DNA of 64,000 bases from assembly GCA_964016885.1 (NCBI GenBank), contig OZ024743.1, positions 254,820,001 to 254,884,000 on the forward strand, in the 5' to 3' direction. Below, in pieces: positions 12,511-26,004 of the stretch; the first letter of the stretch is position 1; the number at the start of each line of letters is the position of its first letter. The position numbers and the translations under genes are program-made. Under the pieces are notes generated by a model. It searched no databases. It saw only the letters and a list, made by a program, of their open reading frames with translations, and had not been told where the DNA came from. The stretch is from Eledone cirrhosa. Lineage: Eukaryota.

Positions 12511-14908
12511 ATTCCTGTCGCTTATTTAATAGGATATCCTTAGATTTCATTATTTCAAATAGTTCTTGGGAACATAATCTACATTCATTTCTATTATTTT
12601 GATAAGGGGTGGCTCTTTTGAGCACACTACAGGTCATATCATATTCTATATTCTTATTTCTATAACTATTAATTTTTTCTGCTAGAGATGTTGTATTAGC
12701 CAGTGCGGCATTTTTAAAACTATGTTTGTGGGTATTAAACCTTGCCTTAAAATTGTTAGAAGTAGCTCCTATATATGAGCAAATAGAATCTTTAGTTTTA
12801 ACTTTATATTTATAAACTATGTTGTTAACAAGACAATTTCCTTTTAATGGGCAGTTTGCTTTGTTTCTACAGTTACAACCTTTCGTTAATTCTGTATTTG
12901 AGGAGATATTATGGTTAGTTTGATGTATTGGTGGTATACTTATGGTATTTTTACATTTATATGCATTATAGGCACTTATATTTTGTTTTATGTTTTTGGT
13001 TGTTGAGTATGAGAATTTAACTGTTGACCTATTTAAGATTTGATGGCATTTGTGGTTTGGCGGGAAGTTTTTCTCTAGGATATAAAAAATTTTTTTAGCA
13101 ATATTATCCTTAATTTGTAAATTAAATGGAGCATTATACCAAGTAACTCGTCTATTACGGTTTCTATGTTGTTTATTATTTTTATAGGTTGTATCGTGAT
13201 GTTTACTAGGAGGATTAATGTTAATGACCTCACCACGCACATTTTTAGTTAGATTTATTGATTTAGGTGTTTTATCTTGTATAGTAGGAGTTTTATTATT
13301 AACATTTATTAGAGTTGTATGATGAGTAGTTTTTTGAGAGTTACTATACTTTATATTAGAGGAGTTGTTGGTATTTTGGGGTATAGTGTGGGTGGCATTT
13401 AGGTGTGTACTTTTCATTTGGTGTTTGTTGGTAATATTAGGTTGTATGTTTATAGTATTTTTAGTAGAAGGTATATATTCTAATCTATTTTTGTGGCCAC
13501 TTCTATCTAGAGCTTCGTTATAGAAGGTCGCATTTTTATCAAATACATCTTGGTTAGACGAAAGGTTAGAAATTCTAAGTGATATATTATATGCAAGGTT
13601 TTTAAGGATAGATTTAGGGTGATTAGATTGTGAGTGTATGTAGTGTAAGTTTTGGTTGGGTTTATGGTAAGGTTGGTAGATACCCGTAGCTAAGTCTAAA
13701 GTTATATCTAGGAAATTAACTACTTTACTTGTGTTTTCAAAAGTAATATGAAGACTATAATAGTCTTTAAGGAAAGTTCTAATAAGCTTTTTGTTTTTTT
13801 CTATTTCTGAGAGGCTAAGGTTGTTGGAAAGAAGAAGACAGTCATCACGATATTAACCACCTTTAAGGTGGGGAAAGGAAGCATTTATGTTGAAAAGAAG
13901 AAAGAGGCCCACAAGATCAGTAATTTGGGCAGAATCGCTTGAACCCATAGTAATATCAAATAGATTACTATATGTGTTTCTGGTCCAGTATTCATTCTGA
14001 AATTCAATAAGTGTTAGTCTAGCATGTGTAATAATATTAATGTCATCCAAAGTTAAGTTAGATCTATTTTTAGCAAATATCAAAGCTTTGTTCAGGAGTA
14101 TAGGTGATATAGAAGAGTAGTAATTATCTATATCAAATTGTAGAAATGAAGCAGAAGATTTACATCTAATATTTTTAAACCAGTTAATTACCTGGGAAGT
14201 ATTTTCCCAGAGTGGTAAATTAACATGTTTTCTTATTTGTGGGATGACTCTATCCAAAATTGTTTTGCTAATTATTCCAATATCAGATTTAGAGGGACAT
14301 ATAAGTCTTATAGAAGGATTTGAGTTAAAGTTTGATTTATGATCCTTCAGGTTGAAGTGTGGTCTTTTCAATGCCAAAGGTTCAGTTCTATCTTCAATGT
14401 TTAGTTTTTTTACTATGTTGTGTGTTTTGTTGTTGATGTTGGTGAGTGACGCATTATTAGATTTTTTATAATTTTTCCTGAGTTCTTTATATATGAACTC
14501 ATTATAATCTTCAATATCCATGTGATACAAGTTTCCAGTTTTGTCCGAGTGGACATGGATTTTTTTAGACTTTTTTAGGTCCAATAGGGTAGAATCAAGG
14601 TCCCTTTGAAAGACAGATTTATACTTCTTAAATTTGAGGTGTTTAATTAAATTAAAAAGGTCTCTCTCAAAGTCTTCAAGTAGAGAGTTGTGTGATGGAT
14701 TCTTGTAAGTATTAAAATCATACATATATTTCCTATCTGCATATTTAGATTTTTTATCGAAGTGGTAGGCTCTCCATCTAACTCTTCTGATAAATTGGTT
14801 AGTTTTCTGTATCATAAGGAGTAAGAAGTCATCCTTAGAAGGTATTGGTATATTCTTTAAAGAGGTTCCCAAGTATTGTTTTTCCATTGTGATATGGATA
14901 ATGGACAA
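12452..14908 (-). pseudogene. PLE RT and GIY-YIG polyprotein (about 818 codons) broken by one TAA at 13853-13855
   Basis: ORFs 13853..14908 and 12452..13417 are in the same frame and the intervening segment is open (GG*YRDDCLL...NFLDITLDL...SNHPKS). Motifs include LKDHK, RLICP, FDIDNYY, MGSSDSAQITDLVG, WYNAPF and IVYK...SYIGAT. Confidence 0.9.
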
Positions 14909-15330
14909 TAGAAAGAGCTCAACTAAATGTATATGGGGTTATAAAATCATACATATATATGTATATACATGAATATAAAATTAACACACACATATACAGT
15001 ACAAAAATACGAATATTTCCGTGAAAATAGGAGCAAATTATGTAGATAAATCTACCAAGAGTTTACGGTAGTGTCCAATCCGTATGAAGAACTCAATGTA
15101 ATCCGGATATCATGGAAAGAAGAGATGCATTCAAAAATCACTTTCGGTGAAAGATAAACGGAATACAGAGTCAAGATAAAGTATTAAAAAAATAATGAAT
15201 AAAACAATGAAACAGTTCCTTATATTAAACAAAAAAAGTTCATTATTTAACGATCGTTTCTACGACATATATGTGTTAGAATTGGCATGCATATTCAACA
15301 GATCTATGTACAATATATATATATATATAT

Positions 15331-15910
15331 AAACGGAAAAAATGAAACGAAATTTTATTTCCCACTCTTAGTACGGCTGTTACTTAAATATAAGTATGTA
15401 CACGTACATACATATATATATATATACAGACGTACAGTCGTATCTATATATATATATACATACATGCAAACATATATATATGTACGTATGGATTCACCGA
15501 ACATCTATTACAATGTCCGGTGTGTTTGTAAACAAACATCCCGTATTAAGCCTTAGTGTCCAGCAACCATCGTTGCTCGTTTGTTCAACACTGACAAAGG
15601 AACGCTGTACTAGTTTCAAGCTTATTAGCTATCGTCAGCAACATATACCTTCCTGCCAGATTGTTGAAGTATATACTTACCTTATGCATATTAACGGGTG
15701 AGTAGCCCAATTTGCATATCGAGTTGGTTAATCGGCCGGGTGTACCGAAAACGATAAACGGAAAAAATGAAACAAAATTTCATTTCCCACTCTTAGTACG
15801 GCTGTTACTTAAATATAAGTATGTACACGTACATACATATATGTATACAGACGTACAGTAGTATGTATATATATATACATACATGCACACATATATATAT
15901 GTACGTATGT
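15331..15910 (-). mobile_element. Non-coding 425-bp hammerhead-containing unit with about 155-bp terminal direct redundancy (retrozyme-like or solo pLTR)
   Basis: 15331-15490 is repeated at 15756-15910. A hammerhead lies at 15602-15644. There is no meaningful ORF and both flanks are (TA)n. Confidence 0.7.
15602..15644 (-). ncRNA. Minimal type I hammerhead ribozyme
   Basis: Minus strand: AUGUUG-CUGACGA-U-AGCU-AAUA-AGCU-U-GAAACUAGUA-CAGCGU. Stem I is 6 bp, stem III is the palindrome ACUAGU and the site is GUA. Confidence 0.85.
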
Positions 15911-15979
15911 ATATATGTATATATGTATATATGTATATATCTGTCTATATGCATATATATATATGTATGTATATGTATA

Positions 15980-16010
<31 letters not shown>

Positions 16011-16258
16011 GTGTATATATATATATATGTGTGTGTATATATATATATGTGTATATATATATGTTATATATATATATATGTATATATATATATGTCTATA
16101 TATATGTGTATATATATATATGTGTATATATATATATGTGTATATATATATATATATGTGTATATATATATATATATATATGTATATACATATATGTGTA
16201 TATACATATATGTGTATATATATATATATGTGTATATATATATATGTGTATATATATA

Positions 16259-16310
<52 letters not shown>

Positions 16311-16400
16311 GGAAAAATTTGAACAGGGACAAAACAGAGAGGCAGTACAACGAATGTTTATTAATTTCACGCTCTGGAGAGTGGGGTGTTGGTGGGGGAT

Positions 16401-16436
16401 GACGTTTCGGGCATAAGCCCTTCCTCAGGTGAGAAG
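16401..16436 (-). ncRNA. Hammerhead core in a PLE-type pLTR
   Basis: Minus strand: CUGAGGA-A-GGGC-UUAU-GCCC-GAAACGUC, with palindrome ACGU and a GUC site. The stem I partner is not adjacent. Confidence 0.65.
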
Positions 16437-16614
16437 TGTGTGGGAACAGAGTTCAAAGGGTGTGTAGGGGAGTGGTGGAGAGACATATAGCGAAAGGAAA
16501 CGGTGCAAATGAAAAAAATAAAAATAAAAATAAAAATAAAAATAAAGCATGATCAAAATACAAGGAATGAAATAAATTTAAATATAAAAGCATGATCAAA
16601 ATAAACTGAAATTA

Positions 16615-17960
16615 AAAGGGGGGTAAAACAGGTGGTGGAAGGGTATGGGTGTGTAGGGGTGGTGGCGGGTGGAGTGGGGAGAGGGAGACGGGGTGTCCGA
16701 GCGGGAGGGCTGAAGGTGGTGTGTGTGTGTAGGTGTACGTGTGTGTGTGTATGTGAAAGTAAGGGTTGGGGGAAGAACGGGGTTGCATGTTCAGGAAGAG
16801 GTGTGTGTGGGGCGTTTGTGGGTCGGAGTGTCTGTGCGTGTGTGGATAGAGGGGTGGGGGAGAGGAATCAGGAGGCTGAGGGTGTAAATATGTGGTGGAA
16901 AGCACGTATGTGTGGGGTTTAAGCGTGTTGTGGGTGTAGGTGGCGTGTGGAGAAACAAATTTTTTTGGTGTGTGTGTGGGGGTGAGTTATATAGGTGATT
17001 CCGTAAGAGGATGGTTGAAAAGTTGGTAAAATCCAAAGGTGTTTAGTGGATTGTGTGCTGGTCAATTTAGGCGTGCGAGTATTCCATGAAGCGATGGTCG
17101 GAAGAGGAGAGATGTGGGGTGCGCGCGCAACAGGAAGTGGTCAAGCAGTGGGAGTGCTGTGTGTCTATTTGTGCTGGGAGGTGGTCAGAGGGCATAGCAG
17201 CAGTCGGTGGAATGGTAAAGGGACGAGGATGGGTAGGTGTGAAAGTTGGAGTGAGGAGGGTGTGTGTGTGTGTATTAGTAGAGGTGTTAGTGGGATGAGT
17301 GAGTGTGGAGCGAGGGTGTGGGTGGAGCGGGGAGAGAAGGGTGTGTGTGGTTCTGTAGAGGGAGTGTGGTGTACTGGTGTGTGTGTAGGTTGATGAAGGG
17401 GTGTTAGTGGGTGTTAGTATACGGGAGGTGGGGAGGGGTTGAATGCAGGTGTGAGTGGGGGTTAGTGGTGGTAGGGTGTGTAGAGTTGGTGGTGTACGAG
17501 GGTGTGTGGGTACGTGTGCGTGGGGTTGGGGGGGTGTTAGTGATGTTAGTTGCGTTTGGGGTGGGTGGTGTAAGTGGGTGCGTGTGTTCGTGTGCTTGGG
17601 GTTAGGGGGTGTTAGTGAGGTTAGTTGCGGGGTGGTGGGATGGAGGTGTGGGCGTGAGGGTTAGTGGTTGTAGTAGGGTGTGTGTTTAGTGTGAGCGCGT
17701 GTATATATGTGCCGGTGGGTGTGTGCGTGTGCTAAGGAGGGGGGGGAGAAGAAGGGAGGGATGTTAGTATGTTAGTTAAGGAAGGGTGGTCAGATGAGGG
17801 GTGGAGTGGAGGTGTTAGTATTGTTAGTTGTGGGGTGGGCGGTGAAAAGGAGGGGTGTGTTAGTGGTGTTAGTGGGGGATAAGTGTGTGGGGAGGGGGGC
17901 GGTCGAAGGCTAAAGGAATAAGGGTGGGGAGTTCAGGCCGGGGGGAGTGTGGGTCTGTAA
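16615..17960. repeat. G/T-rich low-complexity tract with recurrent GTTAGTG/GTTAGGG motifs
   Basis: Strong G+T strand bias and more than ten gttag(t/g) motifs in 17270-17880. Confidence 0.7.
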
Positions 17961-17971
17961 GATGAAGATAG

Positions 17972-18003
<32 letters not shown>

Positions 18004-18247
18004 GAATAGCTTTCACCGTATTTTTGACTAAAGAAATTTTAGCCTGATATATACACATATATATATATATGTGTGTGTGTGTATATATATATGTATATAT
18101 ATATATATATGTGTATATATATATGTATATATGTGTATATATATATGTATATATGTTTATATATATATATGTATTTATATATATGTGTATATATATATGT
18201 GTATATATATATGTATATATATATATATATGTATATATATGTGTGTG

Positions 18248-18329
<82 letters not shown>

Positions 18330-18331
18330 TA

Positions 18332-18379
<48 letters not shown>

Positions 18380-19199
18380 CTATATGTGTGTATCCATATC
18401 TATATGTGTGTGTACATATCTATGTGTATATACGCATCTACATAGGGAAAAGAGGACGTAAAATGATGATGATATATATATTTATATGCTTATATATATA
18501 TGTATATTTTTATATGCATATATATGTATGTATATTTTTATATGCATATATATGTATGTATATATTTATATGCATATATATATGTATGTATATATTTATA
18601 TGCATACATATGTATTTATATATATATGCATGTATATATTTATATGTAAATATATATATATGTATATAGTTAAATGCGTATACGTGTATATATGTATATA
18701 TGTGTATGTATATGTGTATGTATATGTTTGTATGTGTATTTATATGTTTCCTCTCTTTTCTATTGAAGAAAATAAAAGTATAGACACCTACACTGCTTTT
18801 GGTTTTGAAAAATATGGTCTGGGAAGTGAATGCTAGTCTTAACATGATCCCTGAATTCTGCAGTCATTTCAGATTCCACTGACTCCAGGATTATATGGTA
18901 CAGTCTTTTATTACTTCAGCTGAAGATGATTCACATTTATTCATTTCATAAAAAAAAGAAAAATATCTTCTTCTATTGGGAAACATGAAACACACATACA
19001 CAGAAACATGAATACAAATATATATACACAAAAACATAAATATATTCACAATCATTTATGTACACATACTCACATACAAATATACACAGACAAACAGATA
19101 TGTACGCACATACACAAACTTCAATACAAACAAATACATATACAATTTTATACTCATACACTCTAACTTATAACCTGATTAAAGAGCAATTTAGGCTAC

Positions 19200-20730
19200 T
19201 TCTTTATCTGCCATCTGTCCCAATCAATCCCTGTCTGACCATCGCCACAGGCACAGCTGCAACCAATGACACTTGCAGACTTGATTCTGTTACACCTGAT
19301 GAAATCAGAGCCACCCTGAAGTAGCTCAACAACTGCAAAGCCTATGGAATCTGCAGATATGCTGATGGCAAGTGAAAATAACATGATCCAGTGGTTCAGC
19401 CACATCGTCAACCCTGTATGGATATCAGAGAGCTTCCCAAATGACTGGACTGGACACAAGGCATCATCCTCCCCTTCTGGAAATGGAAGGGAGACAAACT
19501 TGTGTGCAGCAACCACAGGAGTATCACCCTCATCTACATCTCAAGTAAGCTCTTCACCAAGACCCTCGTGTGCTGTGCTCTTCCCTCCATTAAAAGCAGA
19601 TGTTGCCAACAATAAGCTGGGTTCATGCCAAATCGATTTACCGCTGACCACATATCTGTCCTCCATCTCATTATTGAAAGATCTCAGGAGTTCTGCAGAG
19701 ATCGCTGCCTCTGTTATCTTCGTCGACCTCAAGATGGTCGACCATGCATCCCCCTGGGAAATTTCAAGCTCATCAACACACCTCCCAAAGTCCCTAACCT
19801 GTTCCAATGGCTCTATAGCAGTGCCGAGAGTTGCATGGGGGTGAACAGGAAGGACTTTGACTTGTTCCCCATCAACAGAAGGGTCAGACAAAGCTGCGTG
19901 GCTGCCACTGACTTCTTCAAATGTATCATTGACTATTTGATGACCAAGGTCTTTGATCAAGTTTCTGGCATTACCTTTAGGAACTACAACCTTACTGATC
20001 TGGAGTATATGAACAATACCACACTATTCAGCAACTTGATTGATTATCTCGGGAATACATTGAACATATACCAGGAGCAATCAGCAAAGCTTAGACTGGA
20101 GGTAAGCTGGATGAAGCCTAAGTTGATGCATGGATTCTTTTCAGCATCATATTAGCCCTGACGTTCTGAACTTTGGACTTGACAGTAATCAACCACAGAT
20201 GTGGTCTGGCTGTAAGAGTTATGCCCTACCAATGGAAGCCCCTTTGGCACCACTGTTTTATCTCCTAGAAGATGAAGCTCCATATTTACAAGGCATCGGC
20301 CCTCTCTGTTCTCTTATAAGGACCAGAAATGTGGCACCTCACAAAAACCTTGGCAAAGAGGATTAATGGCTTCAATAGCAGAGCCTTGAGTACCATCACA
20401 TTTTCAACAAAGAGTTACATGCATGCACACATCACCCACAAAGCTGGTATGGACCCATCCTCCACCTGCTGCCAGATCATCTTGCCATGGCTTTACTCTT
20501 GTTCAATGCAGCAGGTACAGGTTGGAAGAGGCCCTGCACCAGATGGCTGGATGTTATCAAGGAAGATCTTCAGAGGCTTGACTTCACCTTGAAGGTTGCA
20601 GAGATGTGACAATGGACTGCCAGCAATGGAGGGCATTGGTGGATCTGGTCAGCTTTATGCACAATGATGCCTCTGAGATCACTGACCTATGATGACCCCA
20701 ATCTTATCAAGCAAGAGCAAGAAGAAGAGA
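19200..20730 (+). mobile_element. Decayed RTE-clade LINE, 3' portion
   Basis: Broken RT motifs (GFMPNR.TADHI, FVDLK, VRQSCVAATDFF, TDLEY.NN) and an RTE-like C-terminus followed by a caag-rich tail. Confidence 0.7.
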
Positions 20731-22794
20731 CTAATTAAAGTGAGAGTTAATATTACATTATAACGTAGGTTGTATATGTATTCATTATAACAAAGGTTTA
20801 TATATTTCGAACTGGCAGAGTCCTTAGATCATGCATAAAATAACATGTACCAGTCCAAGACAAATGGATTGGGGAATTGTTAAAGTGTCAGACACCTTCT
20901 GCAAAGAATTGTGTGAGACAGATAGTATCAGCAATGGAAAGATCAATGGAAACATAGTTTCTTTTATGCAGTCTGTTGATTGGCTCTGTTTTCTTCATTA
21001 TCGTATAGTCTGTCTGTATTTATTGACAAAGGTTGATATATAGAATATCTTCTATCAATATCCCATTGGATCTGTGTCCATTGAAAGAGGGTGATATGTG
21101 GATGTCTTGCATTGATATCACATGGATAAAGCCTGTTTTTATTGACAGAGGCTCATATATATAGATATCCTACTTCACAGTATCATTATAATAAACTAGA
21201 CACTAGTAATGTGCTATCACATAGATGAAGCCTGTGTTCATTAGCAGAGTTAGTAAAACATAAACACAAAATGATACTTGTTCTTACTATCGGCACCTCT
21301 GAGTTCAAAGCCTACCAAGTTCAAATATTTTTTTATCTTTTCAGGTTTGATAAGCAAAGGCTAGTTTACTACCATTTAAAAATAAATATTGCTTATCTGA
21401 AAACATCTTACATCATAATTTCATGACAGAAACTAAGTTAACTTCTAAACCTCTGCTTAATAATGTGAAGTGATGAGACTTGATTTGATGATGTTGGTTA
21501 CTGCTGATGAAATGGCACAAGTACAAAAGAGTAAGACAATATATATTAACACTTTGATACCAGATATCTTGAAACTGACATTGGTACTAATGATAGAAAA
21601 ACCTTTTTGAGTGTTTATCATTATCGTCATAATCATCATCACTGTTTAATGTCAATTTCCCATGCTTGCATGAGCTGTAACATTATGAGGCCAGGCAGTT
21701 CAGGTCACCATATCTTGCTCATACACTCTGTTTTTCACTTGGCTTTCTATGGATATATGCCCTTTCTAACATCAAATCAGGGTTGTCTAGGTACCTTTGT
21801 CATTGCACCAGTATGACCTTCTTATAAGGTGGACTAAGTGGTGTTTTCAAGACATCAACAGTACTGCCTGAGAGGGCCGACTGGGTGCTTTTATTGTGGC
21901 ACCAGCATGAACCTCTTATGGAGTGGACTGGATGCTTTTGTCATTGGCATAGCACACTCCTCTTGCAGGGTGGACTGGGTGTGTTTTATATTTATCATCT
22001 AAAACCTTCCACCATAATTATATGTAAGATTCTTTATGTTCCTAACATCAGCTAAATAATGAGAAAGTTAATTGCTCTAAATCCTTGAATATTTTCAAAA
22101 CTATTTGGAAATCATAGGCAGTGTCTTTCATGAGGAACCTGGAAGTGGAAGGGTTAACATTCAGTTTTTATTTTTATTTAATAAACGATAGGTAACCCTC
22201 AGTGAAATTTGAACTGATGGTGCAGAGTGCTGGGACAAAAGTGCTCTAGCATCTCTGCCAATGTGCCACCTTCTACAGCTATCTTTAGAATAATATTTTT
22301 TTAATATATTTAATGGGGAAGAAGTATGTAGAGAGAGAGAGAGGGGGGATGTAGACATTGATGAAAAGAGAGATAGGCAGGGAAATTGAAGAGTGATCGA
22401 GAGATTATTTAGAAAGTTTAGAAAATGCAGAAGATAAAAGTGTGAATGAAAAACCAATGGTTGAGAGGTATTTAATCATTAGAATTCTAGAGAAAAAAAC
22501 AAATTAAATTTAATTTGGTCTCTAATACATTTTTTTTTCATTTTTTTTATTATTTATTTTATTTGATTTTTACATTATATTTGAAGGATTAAAACATTAG
22601 AAGTTTTGAAGAACAAGATATATAATTTTTTACAATTTCAGTTTCGTTTGGAAATTAAATTTCAGATCAAGGAACCTATTTTAATTCCATATCTATGAGA
22701 TTTTTTCTGAATACTAAAACACATTTTAGATTTTCATGTCATTTTCTGTGTGTGAAATCTATGTGTTCTTAGGTGCATATATCCTTAACATCAT

Positions 22795-25560
22795 CATCAT
22801 TTTTACGACTGTTTTTCCACATTTGCATGGTTTGAATGGGTTCTTTTCAGCACAGTGTCTCTTCGCTCACCACATTCAATCATCATCCCCTCTGTGAGTC
22901 TCAGCGATTTGAGACCAACACTCACCAACTCTGCCCAGATCTTCCTTGAATTACCTCTACTACAACTGCCTTCCACTGGGATTTCCAGATGCATCTTCAC
23001 CCAGCAATCAACATCAATGCACAGCATATGTCCATAGTAATGCAGTCTTTTCTCTTACACATCACGTTGGATTCCTCTTAAATCCAGTTTCTCTCTCAGT
23101 TCATCCAAGCTCTGCCTTTCTCTCACATTTACATTGCACATCCAATAAAGCATGATTTCTTCATTTTTGTCCAGCCTACACATATTCTCTGCAGACACTG
23201 CCTATATTTCACTACCATGCCACTTCACAAACAGGCATCATACCATTGTTCTTTTGTATATAGGGAGAATTTTTGTAGTCAATAATGTGAGTAGCCCTTT
23301 AAACTTCTTCCATCCTATCCTTATTCTATTTATTATGCTCGTGGAGCAAACCCCTTTGCTGCTAATAAACCACCTAGATATCAGAAGCTATTAACCAATT
23401 CTATGGATCTTTCATGTGATTGGAAAAGGTTGAAATCACTGACAATTTTCTCGTCAATAACCCCTGTGTATCTTCTACATATATAGTCTTATATTCCTGT
23501 TAGTCTACCTGATTTCTTACTATATTTGTTGTGTATCCAAGATTTACATTGTGTACATCATATAGAGTTTATGCCTACTCCTATTCTACTTATTGAGCAA
23601 GGCCACTCTCCTAAATGAATGAGGGTTCTATCTGCCTTCCTAGTTACTAACACTTTCGTTTTGGTTACGTTTACTCTCAGCCCTTTTGATTCCAAATTCT
23701 GTTTCCAACTTATTCTCTAGTTCATTTATAGATTTGACTATAAAGAGCAGATCATCTGTGTAGAGATGTTCAAATGGACAGCCAATTTTTTTTTTAAGCT
23801 CCTCAGTTATTGCCTGAGGAACTATGATAAACAGCAGTAGGCTAAGAACCGAACCCTGATAAACTCTTACATGTACCTTGAATTCCTCATTAAATTCACT
23901 TCCTATTCTCACTTTACTGACAACTCCTCTGTACATTCATTGAACTGCTCTCATAAGTCATTCTTATACACCTAATTTTCTTAAGGACCACTGGATAATA
24001 GATCAAGATACTCTGTCAAAGGCCTTTTCTAGATCAACAAAAGCTAAATATAGTGATTTATTCTTGCCTAATATATTATCTTGTAGTTATATTACTAGAA
24101 CAGTGCATCTGTAATACTTTTCTCGGGCATGAAACCAAACTACATCTCATCTGATTTGGTGTGGTATAACTCTTTCTGTTAATTAGGTGTGGTATAACTC
24201 TTTCTGTTAATTATACTGCTTGGTCCATTAGTTTCATGCCTCTATAATTGCTCTTTCTCCAATTTATCAGCTCTCATAATAACATTTCCAGGTCTCTTTC
24301 TTTTGAGTATCATTGGTGTTAACTCCAGCAGTGTCATTTCTAACATACTTTCTACCAACATCTCAATTCACACTGCCACACTACCTTGCAATGAAGAACA
24401 TTTCACATCTCTGATTCTCACTTCGCAGGACATTAGCAAACTTTATTTTTTCAGCCTATCTCTGTCATCTAGTTTCTATTTTAGCTACCTCTTAATGATC
24501 TCTGTTACTCGCAATTTTTCAATCTTTCCAATACCTATCTCTTGGCTTTAATGGCTCTATCTACTGTGTTGTTCCACCATTAGGTCACGCTTTTCAAAGC
24601 TGGTGCTTTGCTCTAGCCACAAGTCTCATCAATAGTTTGCAAAAGGTTATCATGCAAGAATTTACAATTGGCCTCTATGTTATATGTATTTGATTCATCA
24701 ACCTTCTAATCAAATGCATCCTCTAGGACCTTTTTTTAACAGAAAGCTCCTTTAGCTTCCAAACCCTCTATGTCTATTTTTTTCACCATTGTTTTGTCTT
24801 ATGTTTATTCTGATGTTATTGATAACTAACTTGTATTGGGCAGCACATTCTTCCACGGGGAAGGCCTTTGTATATAGTAACATCCATTTATCTCGTTTTA
24901 CAAGTAAGAACTCAATTTGGCTTGTGTTTGCCGGAGTGGTATGTGATCAGATGGCTCACCATTTTCCTGAAATTTATGTTTCATATCGTTAGCTCATTTG
25001 CATCACGGAATTACAGGATCCTTACTCTCTCTTCATTTCTTGAGCCATAGCCACTGTGAACACTAATGAATCCTTCTTGGTACTGTTTAACGTCCATTGA
25101 AGTCAACTGCATCAGTAACTGAAGTTGTCTATAAAAGATTCTCATAGAACTGGTCCTTTACTCAATTTTATGTGTGTTACATCGGTAGAAGTAAATGTAA
25201 TCATTCTATTTTGTGCAACTATTCTAAGCTAATTGATAATTATGTCACTTTAACTACTTCTGTCACATTTCAGCTTGTAGAATATCTAGACCACCTACCC
25301 CATCATTTCCTACCCCCAAAAAGTTTGTATCTATGCCTAGAGTCGTCATGTTGAGGCACCCCTCCATCTCACTTCCTGTACACTGTATACATCCACTTCT
25401 ATCCTCCCTAACAGCTCCACAATTTCACTTGATTTACCTTTCTGGGTGCTAAGTTTGAGAGTCATAATCCTGAGATTTGTAACTTGAGAGTGGTTGGTTT
25501 CTTGAGTAGCATTTCTTTGTACTCAGAAGGAGAAAGTGCTGTGTGATTGCTTGATCATAG
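22795..25560 (-). mobile_element. Old near full-length RTE LINE (PHD-insertion family), heavily decayed
   Basis: Minus strand: QEVRWRG (APE, about 25370), FVDLEKAFDRV (about 24030), VYQGSVLSLLLFIIV and LYTDDL, C-terminal ...RGNSRKIWAE, and a (GAT)n tail. Confidence 0.8.
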
Positions 25561-25757
25561 TCGAGGGATTCTTGCATATGACTTCTCTAGCTCCTCCACT
25601 ACTATGTGCAGCACTAACATGACTAGTGTTAGCCCTGTGTATGCAACTTGTTTGACTCTTATATATTGTACCTTCCATAATTTTGGCAGGTTTTTTCTTT
25701 TTGCTGTATGCCCTTCCTATCAGCAGCTACTTTAGATCGTGAACTGGGTGCATTATT

Positions 25758-25986
25758 TGATATAGGATGGAGAGGACACTTGAGTCCAGTAAGACAAAGT
25801 CTCTAGTGTTGGTGGTACAAATAATTGTTTCTACTTTTGGCACAAGACCAGCAATTATCCCAGTGTATAAAGTACCAGTAATACACTGGGATAATTGCTG
25901 GCCTTGTGCCAAAAGTAGAAACAATTATTTGTACCACCAACACTAGAGAGGTTGTCTTACTCAAGTGTCCTCTCCATCCTATATCA
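25758..25986. repeat. Near-perfect long inverted repeat (about 107-bp arms, 14-nt loop)
   Basis: tgatataggatggagaggacacttgagt...caattatcccagtgta | taaagtaccagtaa | tacactgggataattg...actcaagtgtcctctccatcctatatca. Confidence 0.9.
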
Positions 25987-26004
25987 GTTTTTATTCAGTA
26001 TCTA

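Larger units (their letters stand above)
9015..15313 (-). mobile_element. Near full-length PLE with direct pLTRs (15040-15313 and 9015-about 9400), probably Naiad-type
   Basis: A direct repeat of about 274 bp (9015-9289 and 15040-15313) differs at only about 2 positions. The ORF encodes RT and GIY-YIG with a CxCx5C linker (CNCRNKANC). The 3' pLTR contains a hammerhead. Confidence 0.92.

Noticed and set aside
12452-14908. Selenocysteine recoding, as reported for some Naiad PLEs
   Set aside because: The only in-frame stop is TAA at a Leu position, not TGA at a Cys position, and I recognised no SECIS.
15672-15682. ATACTTACCT resembling the U1 snRNA 5' end, near an ATTTGCAT octamer
   Set aside because: No further U1 sequence follows. 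It is better read as an antisense 5' splice-site-like motif.
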